Origin: Nitrosopumilaceae archaeon | GTDB lineage: Archaea; Thermoproteota; Nitrososphaeria; Nitrososphaerales; Nitrosopumilaceae | Assembly (NCBI GenBank): GCA_965208905.1 | Contig: OZ242365.1 | Coordinates: 1,152,001 to 1,216,000 of the forward strand | Length of the DNA: 64,000 nucleotides | Direction: 5' to 3' | Part shown: positions 32,046 through 42,600 of the stretch, one piece after another | Layout of the letters: every line of letters starts with the position of its first letter | How positions within the stretch are numbered: the first letter of the stretch is position 1 | Program-made: the position numbers and the translations under genes | Notes under the pieces: generated by a model | The model's database searches: none | Told to the model about the DNA's origin: nothing | Seen by the model: the letters and a program-made list of their open reading frames with translations, nothing else

Positions 32046-32617
32046 AGTATTGGTAATGTAAACTATCTAAAAATTGTTGGGACTTGCACAATAGGTTATG
32101 TGTGAATATTTTGTATTTTGTGTCAGGCACCAAAAAGTAGATTGCATTATGAGTTACGTGTAGTACCGCGTCTTTTGACTTGAATTTTGCCAGTTTAAAG
32201 ATATGTGTAGTGCACTCTTCGATTAGATGTGTGTTGATCAAAAAGTATACCTCTTAATGTCTTCTGTTCAGCGGGCCTTGGCGACTATGTGCCTGATATA
32301 ATCACACCAGAGATGAGCCGGCGTGGCGCGGTGGTAGGACCACAACCAAAGTCGACAACATACTGATGCATAGTGGTTTATGTTGATACAATGAGTCGCG
32401 CTGGCACTAGATTTTGCCCGTCATGTATGAATTTGCTCAAAAAACATACTCAAAATCACACCGTATTTGTGGTCGGACTTTATCAACAAAACTGCTCTTG
32501 TAGGATTGTGTGAACCCGTTCCAGCCATCAATCGTGCAATTTAGATCATTATATAATGTTGTATAAAGAAATTTCATCGAACAACGTATAAATTGACAAC
32601 ATCATACCTTCTGATGC

Positions 32618-33238
32618 ATGGTAGAATATACACTTCCAGAGGTGCCATATGCATATGACGCTCTGGAACCACACATTGATGCCCAAACCATGGAGATACA
32701 CCACACAAAACATCATCAGGCATATACGAACAACCTAAATGCCGCATTGGGAAAATGCTCTACAGATATTCAGGATATGGATATACTGGATATATTGTCT
32801 GACTTGGACAAGGTGCCAGATGCGCAACGAAGAGCTATAAACTTTAACGGTGGCGGATACGACAATCACCGTCTATTCTGGAACAGCATGAGCGGTTCTG
32901 GTGGAGGGGAACCCGGCGGTGCTGTTGCTGACGCTATATCAAAATCCTTTGGTGGATTTAGCCAGTTCAAGGAAAAGTTTTCATCTACTACTGCTGTGAT
33001 ACAGGGTAGTGGTTGGGGATGGTTAGTATACAATCCAACCTCAAAACTTGTTGAGTATACGTCGATGCCAAATCAAACCAGTCCTAGAACCGAGGGTCTA
33101 GTACCACTATTGGGTTGTGATGTATGGGAACACGCATACTATCTCAAATATCAAAATCGTCGTCCAGACTATATCTCCTCTTGGTGGAATGTAGTGGATT
33201 GGAACGAAGTTGAAAAGAGACTAGCAGATGCTACTTGA
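32618..33238 (+). CDS. sod: Fe/Mn superoxide dismutase
   Basis: HHTKHHQAY, NHRLFW, DVWEHAYY. Confidence 0.97.
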   Translation: MVEYTLPEVPYAYDALEPHIDAQTMEIHHTKHHQAYTNNLNAALGKCSTDIQDMDILDILSDLDKVPDAQRRAINFNGGGYDNHRLFWNSMSGSGGGEPGGAVADAISKSFGGFSQFKEKFSSTTAVIQGSGWGWLVYNPTSKLVEYTSMPNQTSPRTEGLVPLLGCDVWEHAYYLKYQNRRPDYISSWWNVVDWNEVEKRLADAT

Positions 33239-33281
33239 TTACAATATTGTAGTTTTTTATTATGTATGATTTACTCTCTCT

Positions 33282-33413
33282 GTGTTGCCAAACTGTGCAG
33301 TTTGTGGAAAGTCATGTAGGGATGATATACAGTTTCTGAACCATATGATGGAAAAACACGGATTTAGAAACCCCAATGTGGGAAAACCCGATAGAAATAG
33401 TCGTGGATACTGA
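33282..33413 (+). CDS. 43-aa C2H2 zinc-finger microprotein
   Basis: Manual translation MLPNCAVCGKSCRDDIQFLNHMMEKHGFRNPNVGKPDRNSRGY = C-x2-C-x12-H-x4-H; TTTATTA about 25 nt upstream; T-run after the stop. Confidence 0.7.
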   Translation: MLPNCAVCGKSCRDDIQFLNHMMEKHGFRNPNVGKPDRNSRGY

Positions 33414-33449
33414 ATTTTGATTTTTTTTGTACGTATGGTTTTATCTACT

Positions 33450-34901
33450 CTATATGTTGCGCAGGTAATCCAACAGCAATCTGACACCGAATCCCGTGGC
33501 TCCTGGCACATTGTAGGAACGCTTCTTTGATGGAGACTGCATCCATGCTGTACCTGCAATGTCTAAATGTAGCCATGGTGTACTCTTTACTGCACTTTTG
33601 AGAAATGCGGCCGCTACTATGGTCCCAGCAGCTTTTCCTAACCCTAGATTTCTAATGTCCGCAACCTTTGATTTGATCATCTCCATGTAATCTGAATTTA
33701 GGGGTAAACGCCATACATTCTCGGCAGTCCGTATACCAGACTCGTACACATCCGAAGCCAAATCATCATTATCGGACAACATCCCTGCAGTATCACATCC
33801 TAGTGCTATTATGCTTGCACCAGTCAATGTGGCCAAGTCTATTATACATCTGGGAGAGAACTGCTCTTCTGCATATGCTATAGCATCAGCAAGAATTAAC
33901 CTTCCTTCAGCATCAGTGTTTAGTATCTCGGCAGTCTTGCCTCCATACAAGCGTATTATGTCTCCTGGGCGATACGATTGACCTCCAGGCATATTCTCAA
34001 CTGCGGGTATTAATCCTACTACATTAATCGGTAGACCAATCTCCGATATGGCCTTTATAGTTCCAAGCACTGCGCAGCCACCACATTTGTCAAACTTCAT
34101 CTCATCCATCCGTTCGCCGGGCTTTAGTGATATGCCACCAGTATCGAATGTGACTGCCTTGCCTACTAAGGCTACGGGAGGTCCATCTCCACCGTTATAC
34201 TCTAAAACTATGAGGCGTGGAGTGTTGGCACTACCCTGTCCTACCGCACTGATTCCGCCAAAACCCCCCTCTGTCAGATCAGAGCCGGACAGTACGGTGC
34301 ACTTTACATTCTCATTTTGTGATATGGCATCCGCAAATTCAACTAACTTTGCTGGTGGGCACAAATTGGGAGGCTGATTTGCTATGTTTCGAGTAAATAT
34401 TACTCCTTCCGCCGTTAATTTGGCCATTCTTACGGCCTCCTCTACATCTTGTTTACATATTATGGTGAGATCCGGCTTTGGATCAGCTTTTTCGATTTTG
34501 TAGTCATCAAAATCGTACAGTGCAAGCATAACTCCCTCTACAATCTGTGATACTACATTATGATGGCCTTTTGTATCTGGACACACAATGGCAAACTGTT
34601 TTACCTTTAGTTCCCGAGCTCTTTTTGATATAACCCCCGCAATGTCACGTATAGTATCCGGAGTAATGTTGGAACCTGACCCCGCAAACAAAAGTCGAGG
34701 AGTGTCTTCTAGATGAGTTGTGGTGGTTACAACCTTGCCTAATCTTCCGTCCAAATCACCAATGCACTGATCTACAATAGATTTTATGTCATATGTGGCA
34801 GACTTTAACTCCAATGCGTCATTGGACTCTGGGTTTATGATATGACACAGTAGGTCTGTCTTTACATCTAGAGGGTTTGCTACAACCGACGATACATTCA
34901 C
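33450..34901 (-). CDS. pepA: Leucyl aminopeptidase (M17)
   Basis: GKAVTFDTGG, MKFD, NTDAEGRL, HLDIAG. Confidence 0.96.
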   Translation of the reverse strand: MNVSSVVANPLDVKTDLLCHIINPESNDALELKSATYDIKSIVDQCIGDLDGRLGKVVTTTTHLEDTPRLLFAGSGSNITPDTIRDIAGVISKRARELKVKQFAIVCPDTKGHHNVVSQIVEGVMLALYDFDDYKIEKADPKPDLTIICKQDVEEAVRMAKLTAEGVIFTRNIANQPPNLCPPAKLVEFADAISQNENVKCTVLSGSDLTEGGFGGISAVGQGSANTPRLIVLEYNGGDGPPVALVGKAVTFDTGGISLKPGERMDEMKFDKCGGCAVLGTIKAISEIGLPINVVGLIPAVENMPGGQSYRPGDIIRLYGGKTAEILNTDAEGRLILADAIAYAEEQFSPRCIIDLATLTGASIIALGCDTAGMLSDNDDLASDVYESGIRTAENVWRLPLNSDYMEMIKSKVADIRNLGLGKAAGTIVAAAFLKSAVKSTPWLHLDIAGTAWMQSPSKKRSYNVPGATGFGVRLLLDYLRNI

Positions 34902-35237
34902 AACAATGCGACGTTGCCAGTATATTTAGATGTCACTGATCCTGCTAACTGATTTGTAGAGTCATAAAAGCATGAAAAATATCGGCATGGGACGATATAG
35001 ATAATACCAGGTAGGCCACTGCATATGCAATAATCTGTATTTATGTAGACTTCAGAGTTTATACATAATCAAAATAATTTGATGTCAATGTGTGACGTCC
35101 CACAAATATAGAGAATTTCATAATTTATGCTCCATGGAACAAGTTCTTTATCACATACGTACCTTTATCGCTATACATTGGCCTTAAAATGAGGTGTATC
35201 AGGTCACATATATAATTCAGAATTATATGGAAGACTC

Positions 35238-36152
35238 ATGGAATCAGTAAACTTTTCTCTACTAGCCAATCAAAAAATTGCAAATACACTGGGTAAGAGA
35301 GGTACCCAATCAGATATTACATTATATGATAGAAAGGAGCGTGATACAATACGAACATGGGTGCGCCCCCATGGATTTCCTGACAAGATACAACCCCTTA
35401 TGCAGGCGATAAATTTGGGCGAATATGCTATACTCTGTCTTGATGCTCTGGACAAGTTTGCGGGGGAGCAGATATTGGCCCTGGACCTGTTGAGTGTAAA
35501 AGATGGTATACTGAGTCATACACATGATGTGGACCACAATTCATTACTCCGAGCGATACGCGGTACAGTTCTGGAAAACTATAGGTATGTTGAACCTGAT
35601 GATATACGCCGTGCAACAATGGACTTTGAACCATTACATTCTGCTGGAGATACCAACATTGTTGTGGATCATTGCTTTGATGTGCAGGGAGCGGGGACAA
35701 TAATACTGGGCAAGGTGATGTCTGGAACTGTCTCAAAGTATGATGAACTCACACTGTATCCTGCTGACACTTCGGTGTTGGTCAAGTCTATACAGATGCA
35801 TGATGATCCCGTTGATACCGCATCTTCGCCAGCCCGAGTAGGACTTGCTATAAAAGGTGTAAAGCCAGATGATGTTCGTCGGGGTGATATGCTGTGCAAT
35901 TACAAATGCCCTGTGACATCTACACTAAGCGTTGACTTTACAAAGACTCCATACTATGATGGCGATGTGATACGTGGTCAGATGTGCCTTGTCAATCTGG
36001 GATTGCAGGTGGTATCTGGCAAGTTTGTCTCCACAAATCCAGTGTCAATAAAAACAGATAGACCGGTATCTTATGGTGTATACTCAAACTGTATTATACT
36101 GAAACCAGAATATAAAATTCGTATAATGGGTGGAGGTACAGTATCCAACTAA
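35238..36152 (+). CDS. EF-Tu/SelB-like protein with degenerate G-domain (archaeal SelB-like)
   Basis: VDHCFDVQGAGTIILG, VKSIQMHD, RVGLAIKGV...RGD; no intact P-loop. Confidence 0.8.
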   Translation: MESVNFSLLANQKIANTLGKRGTQSDITLYDRKERDTIRTWVRPHGFPDKIQPLMQAINLGEYAILCLDALDKFAGEQILALDLLSVKDGILSHTHDVDHNSLLRAIRGTVLENYRYVEPDDIRRATMDFEPLHSAGDTNIVVDHCFDVQGAGTIILGKVMSGTVSKYDELTLYPADTSVLVKSIQMHDDPVDTASSPARVGLAIKGVKPDDVRRGDMLCNYKCPVTSTLSVDFTKTPYYDGDVIRGQMCLVNLGLQVVSGKFVSTNPVSIKTDRPVSYGVYSNCIILKPEYKIRIMGGGTVSN

Positions 36153-36765
36153 TTGTGTCAAAAAACTGTTATAATATTTTTAAACATGTCAAATATTCGA
36201 GCCCATACCAGGTTCCCCAGCCACAAATACCTACAAAATATGAGTGTAATTACAAATTCGACTGATATATAATAAACTTGACTAAAGCCCATACATTGTA
36301 GATGTAATTTCGGCTAAAATTGGTACAAAAATCACTTAAACGTAGTATATGATCAATAGAACAACCCTCTGCTTTATACAAAAGTCATTTAAGAAATGAC
36401 TACGTAATATACTACAAGATCAAACAGGTTATGTTATTGTTGTTGTACATATTAATATGTGCAAATGGCGTTGTACGTGTATCGTCGTAGTGTGATGGTG
36501 ATGAAATATCATGCCTGAATAATTTTTCGATTAATAGACTATACGTTTACATCTAATATGCAAGAGGATTTATGATGCTGTAAATATGAGGCTAATCAAA
36601 AACTAATTAGAATAAACAAAACCATGACGTCACTACTGATGATAATTTGGATGTAAGTAGGGATGTCTTGGTCTGGCATAAAACGTCTAGTGGATTATGA
36701 TGATAGTGCTAAACCTGCACCACAGGAATAGCATTTTAACTTGTAGCATTATACATGTATGTGTA

Positions 36766-37140
36766 ATGAAGTTGTTTGGTGGCGGTGACCCACAAAAGAA
36801 AAAAAACGTTCAAAAAATCAAAGAGATAAAAAAATTAATCAAAAAAAAAGATTACGATGAAGCACTAAATGTGGGAATCAAATATTTGCACAATGTACCC
36901 GAGAATCCTGATGTTCTTTTTATAGTAGGTAGCATATATTACATGAAAAATAAACACAAATCAGCAGTGCCATACTTTGAAAAGGCCTTACAGATAGGCC
37001 GCTATGATACTGAGGTGTTGCTACTAAAGGGTAGATGCCACAAGCGTCTAGGCGAGACTAAAAAAGCCAATAACTGTTGGCAAGACATATTGGAGGTAGA
37101 TCCTAAAAACGACGAGGCGAGGCGCGAATTAAACCTCTAA
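36766..37140 (+). CDS. TPR-repeat protein
   Basis: Repeated TPR helices (A..YFEKALQI; A..CWQDILEVDPKN). Confidence 0.8.
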   Translation: MKLFGGGDPQKKKNVQKIKEIKKLIKKKDYDEALNVGIKYLHNVPENPDVLFIVGSIYYMKNKHKSAVPYFEKALQIGRYDTEVLLLKGRCHKRLGETKKANNCWQDILEVDPKNDEARRELNL

Positions 37141-37938
37141 ACTCATATCCAGAGATGGCGCCGAATTTGTAATATATCCTAATGATATATAATCTACTCC
37201 TGTTGCACCATATAATGTAATATTTTCAGCAGTAATGCCGCCAGAGGCTTCAAGTTTTACAGAGTTTCGTAGGCCTACTCTTTCTAACTCTAGTATGGCA
37301 TTCTGTATCTGGTCTGGGGTAAAGTTATCTAATAGAATGATGGGGGCTCCTAGCGTGGCGGCCAACATGCAGTCTGATGGTGTGTCCACCTCTACCTCGA
37401 ACTGCCTTTTTTGTAGTTGGGCCTTTTTTATAAGACACTCCAAAGATCCTTCTACAGATATGTGGTTGTCTTTTATCATGATCATCTCGCCTAGATTCAT
37501 ACGGTGACGCATACCTCCACCATCCTCTACTGCCTCCTTATCGAATATTCGTAGTCCCGGAGCAGTCTTGCGTGTAGCCAACAACCGCACGTCTTTTGGT
37601 ATGTTTGATACCAGCTGTTTTGTCAGTGTAGCAATACCACTCATGCGGGACATTAGGTTCAGGGCAGTACGTTCTAGTGACAGTATGTCGGCAGCATTAC
37701 CCTGTATACCCATTATGGTATCTCCACTATGTGCATACTCTCTATCCTGTATGATTACATGGGTCTGACAGTCTCTCATGTCGAATATGGTTGATACATA
37801 CTTCGTCCCAGATATGATGCCATCTTGTCTTGTTATTATGCGTGCCTGAATTGTAGTTTTGTCTAAAAGGGCACTTGTAGAATCCCCATCTACAAGATCC
37901 TCATGTATGAACGACTCTAATATTGCGCGTATGTTCAT
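37129..37938 (-). CDS. nadC: Quinolinate phosphoribosyltransferase
   Basis: ERTALN, TRKTAPG, HR, IKDNH, EVEVD, LDN, EASGGI. Confidence 0.96.
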   Translation of the reverse strand: MNIRAILESFIHEDLVDGDSTSALLDKTTIQARIITRQDGIISGTKYVSTIFDMRDCQTHVIIQDREYAHSGDTIMGIQGNAADILSLERTALNLMSRMSGIATLTKQLVSNIPKDVRLLATRKTAPGLRIFDKEAVEDGGGMRHRMNLGEMIMIKDNHISVEGSLECLIKKAQLQKRQFEVEVDTPSDCMLAATLGAPIILLDNFTPDQIQNAILELERVGLRNSVKLEASGGITAENITLYGATGVDYISLGYITNSAPSLDMSLEV

Positions 37939-38123
37939 GTTACCTTAAGAGCATACTTGCCTTTGCGGCTAACCCCGAGAGTCTGCGCTATCTGGGATAT
38001 TTCGGGTTCTACAACTAGAACTATGCCAGCCCAATCTGGCGTCAAGTCCGATGACTTGCATGCAGGACATACTTTACCAGGAGTTACGAATTTGCATCGA
38101 CGACAAGCCATCTCTCGCACCAA
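37935..38123 (-). CDS. spt4: Transcription elongation factor Spt4 (RpoE'')
   Basis: ACRRC...CPAC Zn ribbon, SQIA..LG...GKYALKV; follows rpo7. Confidence 0.93.
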   Translation of the reverse strand: MVREMACRRCKFVTPGKVCPACKSSDLTPDWAGIVLVVEPEISQIAQTLGVSRKGKYALKVT

Positions 38124-38696
38124 TTATTTTTTCACCTCTGATTGATCAGAAGATTTGTCTATCTCTTCTTTGATCCATTCATCTGTTCCCAAGAATGGCT
38201 GCCTACACGTAATTCCTATCTTACCCATGGCTGCACCCTTGCTTAGTGATACGGCAGTTATACGAGACCTGAGTGTGGATCCTACGCGGAGTGTGCGACC
38301 ACTTTGATTGGCTATTATCATACCTGCTTTAACATCACTCTTTAGGTAGTCATCCATTACTTGAGAGAGGTGTAGTAAGGCATCGGTAGGCCCTATTCTG
38401 ACAAATGCACCAAAGTCGGTAATATCCACTATTTCGCCGTGTACTATTTCGTTTATCTTTGGCAGAAACGTGAGCGCTTCAAACTCTACTTTGTGAAATG
38501 TGCCCGCATCGCCAGATACCATCTTGCCCATTCCGTCTACATTTGCGTCTAATATCATAATGATGTATCCCAACTCCTGTGTTATGACGAACTCGTACTT
38601 GTTCTTGAGCGTGCTTATGGCTGCATTTCGTAGCGCAGATCCAAATAGGTTCGGAGGTATTCTTACCACATCAACCATTGTAGATATCGAAAACAA
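38124..38696 (-). CDS. rpo7: RNA polymerase subunit Rpo7 (E')
   Basis: DVVRIPP, FGAFVRIGPTDALLHLSQ, CRQPFLG; TTG start assumed. Confidence 0.95.
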   Translation of the reverse strand: MFSISTMVDVVRIPPNLFGSALRNAAISTLKNKYEFVITQELGYIIMILDANVDGMGKMVSGDAGTFHKVEFEALTFLPKINEIVHGEIVDITDFGAFVRIGPTDALLHLSQVMDDYLKSDVKAGMIIANQSGRTLRVGSTLRSRITAVSLSKGAAMGKIGITCRQPFLGTDEWIKEEIDKSSDQSEVKK

Positions 38697-38864
38697 CTGT
38701 GATAGCTTTGTCAAAGTTTTATTTTATGAACCTTTCGGGATGTATGGCCTTGTCCAAAAACCCTAAAAATCACTAGTGATGTTTAATTACCAAATCTGGA
38801 TGTTCGTCAAACAACGGCCAGTCTACCGAAAAGTATTTTGATCTGAGGATCGTAACATCAACAA

Positions 38865-39429
38865 ATGAGCAAAAAATATGTAAAGACAAGGCAGACTAGC
38901 CCCAACCGAACCAGAAGCGAGAACAATCCCAACAGGATAAAAAACGACCCACAGATGGACTGGACCGAGTACAACAAGGGCCGTCATTCGAAAGGTCAAA
39001 GATTCGTCCGGCGGATGTGTCGGATAGCCGACATTACACGTGATATACTGGGTACAGCGCCAGGCACGCGCGATCGGCGCGTGTCAACCATATTGATGTC
39101 CATACTCAAAAGCGAAGAGAATCTCTCCTACTGGAGTCTAATCAAACACTTTGATAGGCACCCCGATGACCGGGGCTGTGCGAGCTGCCGGGCCGTATTA
39201 TACATCATGGTATCAGCTCCGCATATCGGATATAGATCCAGCAGTACTGCAGAAGCTTATCGCCCGGATGGCCGGCGATGCAGTCCACAGTACCCCACTG
39301 GTCGACTCCAGCGGTTTTCAGCATAACCAAATACATGGACTGGCAGAATGCAAAGTACGGCACGCTTAGCATGAAACTGTTCTGCAAACTGCACACCATG
39401 CACACACTGCACGGCATGGCGTGCGCCGT
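38865..39429 (+). pseudogene. Frameshifted, 3'-truncated IS5-type (DDE_Tnp_1-like) transposase
   Basis: Three consecutive frames join to ...DWTEYN...SILKSEENLSY...LVDSSGFSITKYMDWQNAKYG...FCKLH; interrupted at 39430 by a MITE. Confidence 0.7.
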
Positions 39430-39748
39430 GGTTCTCGGGCAAACACTGTGGATTAGGTAAATTACATACTTCATTCGTATTGTACAATCTGTTTTATTGC
39501 GAAACGGAGTATCTAGGCCAAGGACGCGACCAAATTTGTCGCATCCATGTCGTTCGTAATCGGGGCCGAGAATAGCCACAATTGCGTACCCAAGCCCATA
39601 CTGACCAAGATGGGCAGTTCCAAAAGAGTCAGATACACCATACAAAACGATCAGATTCTGGTCAGCAACACCGATTCGCAATAGAGTAAATCACGCAATA
39701 CGCATAAAGTACGTAATTTACCTGATCCACAGTGTTTGTCCGAGAACC
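39430..39748. mobile_element. 319-bp MITE-like element with ~81-bp imperfect TIRs
   Basis: 39430-39510 GGTTCTCGGGCAAACACTGTGGATTAGGTAAATTAC... matches the reverse complement of 39668-39748 at about 66/81 positions; no TSD seen. Confidence 0.8.
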
Positions 39749-39946
39749 GAACTTTGCGGCGTGATGTATCTTACCATGTGTCATCGATACTACCATGGTC
39801 TCTCCTACGCCTCATGTAGTACTGTATAATGTATGACGTTTGAACTACCGCCGTCGGACGAACTACATCACTGTTGTGGTGTATACTTGTGGGACACAGC
39901 CGTGAAAACCTTCAATTATAAATAACGTGATTGTATCTAAAACACC

Positions 39947-41026
39947 ATGGTGGGCGTAGATCAGGTTTTGGAAAAATTAAGTACTGTGATTGATCCCGAC
40001 CTCAAAAAGGATATTGTGTCCATGGGGATGATCAAAGATATGGAATTAGACGCGGGCAACTTACGTTTCACATTGGAGTTGACCACCCCCGCCTGTCCAT
40101 TCAATGTAGAAATTGAAGAAGATGTACGTAAGGCTATAGGCGAGCTAGATGGCATTAACAATTTTGATCTGAGTGTAACGGCAAAGGTAATGGAGGGTAG
40201 ATCTCTAGAGGATGATACAACCATGAAGACAGTCAAAAATATAATCGGAGTGGCTAGTGGAAAGGGAGGCGTGGGAAAGTCCACGGTCTCTCTTAATTTG
40301 GCACTGGCACTACAACAAAGTGGAGCTAAAGTAGGTCTATTGGATGCGGACATTTATGGTCCTAGCATACCTCTAATGCTGGGTATGGCTGATGGCGATT
40401 TGGAGGTTGAAGACAACAAACTGCAGCCTGCTACATCCCACGGACTTCGTGTAATCTCGTTTGGATTCTTCTCTCAACAGTCTCATCAAGCGGCCATATA
40501 TAGAGGACCTATAATATCTGGAGTCCTAAGACAATTTCTTGTGGATACGAACTGGTCCAATCTGGACTATCTGATAGTAGACTTGCCTCCGGGCACAGGC
40601 GATATTCCACTGACATTGGCACAAACGATACCTATTACGGGCATATTGGTAGTCACCACACCTCAGGATGTGGCGAGTAATGTGGCTGTCAAGGCTATTG
40701 GTATGTTTGAAAAACTAAATGTTCCTATTCTGGGGGTTGTGGAAAATATGAGCCAATTTATATGCCCAACCTGTTCTAGCTCGCATTACATATTTGGTCA
40801 GGGCGGTGCTCAAAAAATTGCTGAGCAATTTAGCATACCATTTCTGGGTGAGATTCCACTAAATTCGGGTATAATGTCTGGTTCTGATCTGGGAAAACCT
40901 ATCATGATAACCAGTCCAAAGTCAGAAGGTGCTGCCGCATTTAAAAACGCTGCACAGAACATTGCAGCACAGTGTAGCATTGTCGCAGCCAAATTACGTG
41001 AGGAAGTAGACGCTGAGGCATCTTGA
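39947..41026 (+). CDS. mrp: Mrp/ApbC/Nbp35 Fe-S carrier ATPase with N-terminal DUF59
   Basis: TTPACP, SGKGGVGKST, DLPPGTGD, ENMS..CPTC. Confidence 0.95.
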   Translation: MVGVDQVLEKLSTVIDPDLKKDIVSMGMIKDMELDAGNLRFTLELTTPACPFNVEIEEDVRKAIGELDGINNFDLSVTAKVMEGRSLEDDTTMKTVKNIIGVASGKGGVGKSTVSLNLALALQQSGAKVGLLDADIYGPSIPLMLGMADGDLEVEDNKLQPATSHGLRVISFGFFSQQSHQAAIYRGPIISGVLRQFLVDTNWSNLDYLIVDLPPGTGDIPLTLAQTIPITGILVVTTPQDVASNVAVKAIGMFEKLNVPILGVVENMSQFICPTCSSSHYIFGQGGAQKIAEQFSIPFLGEIPLNSGIMSGSDLGKPIMITSPKSEGAAAFKNAAQNIAAQCSIVAAKLREEVDAEAS

Positions 41027-41538
41027 TACTGCCCGAGAAGCACAGGCATCTTTTTACAAACCCGATGGGTGAGTTGATTGATGATTCTAAAGTAAGTCGT
41101 GACTACATCATAAAAAAGATTGATAACGCTCCCCATGTAATTACCGTGGGTGACCGAACTACTGAGAGGCTGCTATCGTTTGGTATAATTCCAGACTTGC
41201 AGATAGTGGATGGCCTAGAAAAGAGACGAGCCCGCCCTCTCCCGCAGAGCTCGGCTTATATTGTAACGTGTAAAAATCCCCCATCCCACATCACTGATGA
41301 TGCTATATCTACAATAATCGAAGCATATGCGTCTGAGCGCCCAATCTGTATACGGGTGCACGGTGAGGAAGACTTGTTGTTGATCCCCGCATTAATTCAT
41401 GCACCGGATCACTCTTTGTTGATGTATGGCCAACCAAATCACGGCCTAGTGTTGGTGCGGGCAGATCCGGTAACTAGGAACCGGGCTCAACAATTATTGG
41501 AATTGCTGGAGAGGGATGATGAGACGGTGGCTGTATGA
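41023..41538 (+). CDS. GTP-dependent dephospho-CoA kinase (DUF359)
   Basis: ITVGDRTT, IVDGLEKR, NPP, GEEDLL, YGQP. Confidence 0.88.
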   Translation: MILPEKHRHLFTNPMGELIDDSKVSRDYIIKKIDNAPHVITVGDRTTERLLSFGIIPDLQIVDGLEKRRARPLPQSSAYIVTCKNPPSHITDDAISTIIEAYASERPICIRVHGEEDLLLIPALIHAPDHSLLMYGQPNHGLVLVRADPVTRNRAQQLLELLERDDETVAV

Positions 41539-41634
41539 TGCGATGATGAAAAAAGCACAGCGGATCTGACCCTCAGCAATCTGTATGCTATCGGCAAAAC
41601 GATATTTAGCCACGTACCTCCATTGTGTTTACGC

Positions 41635-42018
41635 ATGAAGATTACGCCGAACCTTCGGGCATCTGTATTGGAGATGGTGGAGACGTATGCTACCAGATTT
41701 AGTGTGCCAGCTCCACGCATACTACTTAGTACCCGGGAGGTCTTGAACATGCCAAAACATGTGACTGCTGGTCGAAGGACTACTGCCTACAAGTACTATG
41801 GTGTCGCATATATGCAGTATAACGTAGTGTTTCTCAATATAAGAAAAATTTCAGATATGAAGGTACTGGAGAAGACAATAGTCCATGAGATTGCCCACCT
41901 GAGATTTCCGTATCTGGCACACGGTAAACGATTCAATAATATTGTGAAGAAGGGGTTGAGGGGGTCCACTTTTAGGCCATATGTAAGACGGAGCATAAAA
42001 TATCAATACATCAGATGA
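41635..42018 (+). CDS. Small HExxH metallo-hydrolase (YgjP/SprT-like)
   Basis: TIVHEIAHLRF...HGKRF. Confidence 0.75.
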   Translation: MKITPNLRASVLEMVETYATRFSVPAPRILLSTREVLNMPKHVTAGRRTTAYKYYGVAYMQYNVVFLNIRKISDMKVLEKTIVHEIAHLRFPYLAHGKRFNNIVKKGLRGSTFRPYVRRSIKYQYIR

Positions 42019-42136
42019 TAAAATTACAGACTCAGACTTGTCTTACGTGGCGGTCTATGAAAATAAGATCAAACTATGACAACCCATCACTGTATAGTCT
42101 CTAAAACCATTTATTTGGGCGAGGTGGCAAATTGAT

Positions 42137-42589
42137 ATGGAAGGCGAAGATGTTCCTACCTTTGAATGCAAAAGTAATGATGGCAGTGTTATAAGTTCAA
42201 CTGATCTATTAGGCAAAAAACATGTCATATACTTTTACCCGAGAGATTTTACATCTGGTTGTACTACAGAAGCTGATGAATTCACCAAAGCACATGCTGA
42301 ATTTATCGATGCGGGCATACAGATAATTGGCGTCAGTCCCGACACGGTTGAATCCCACGCAAAATTTTGCAGTAAATTGAGTATACCATATCCCTTACTC
42401 GCAGATACTGACAAGACCATGGCAAATGCCTTTGGTGTGTGGGGGCAGAAGAAGTTTATGGGTAGAGAGTATATGGGAGTCCAACGAAGCACATTTTTGG
42501 TAGATGAGTCTGGCAAAATATTCAAAGCATATAAAAACGTAAGACCAAAAGGACATGCGCAAAAAGTCTTGGAAGCATTCATAAAATAA
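42137..42589 (+). CDS. bcp: Peroxiredoxin BCP/PrxQ
   Basis: YFYPRDFTSGCTTEA, RSTFLVD. Confidence 0.93.
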   Translation: MEGEDVPTFECKSNDGSVISSTDLLGKKHVIYFYPRDFTSGCTTEADEFTKAHAEFIDAGIQIIGVSPDTVESHAKFCSKLSIPYPLLADTDKTMANAFGVWGQKKFMGREYMGVQRSTFLVDESGKIFKAYKNVRPKGHAQKVLEAFIK

Positions 42590-42600
42590 AGAAAAATTTA

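Noticed and set aside
38799-39869. Weak inverted similarity (GATGTTCGTC...CGGC vs GCCGTCGGACGAACTACATC) as TIRs of the IS5 remnant
   Set aside because: Needs gaps and mismatches, with no TSD
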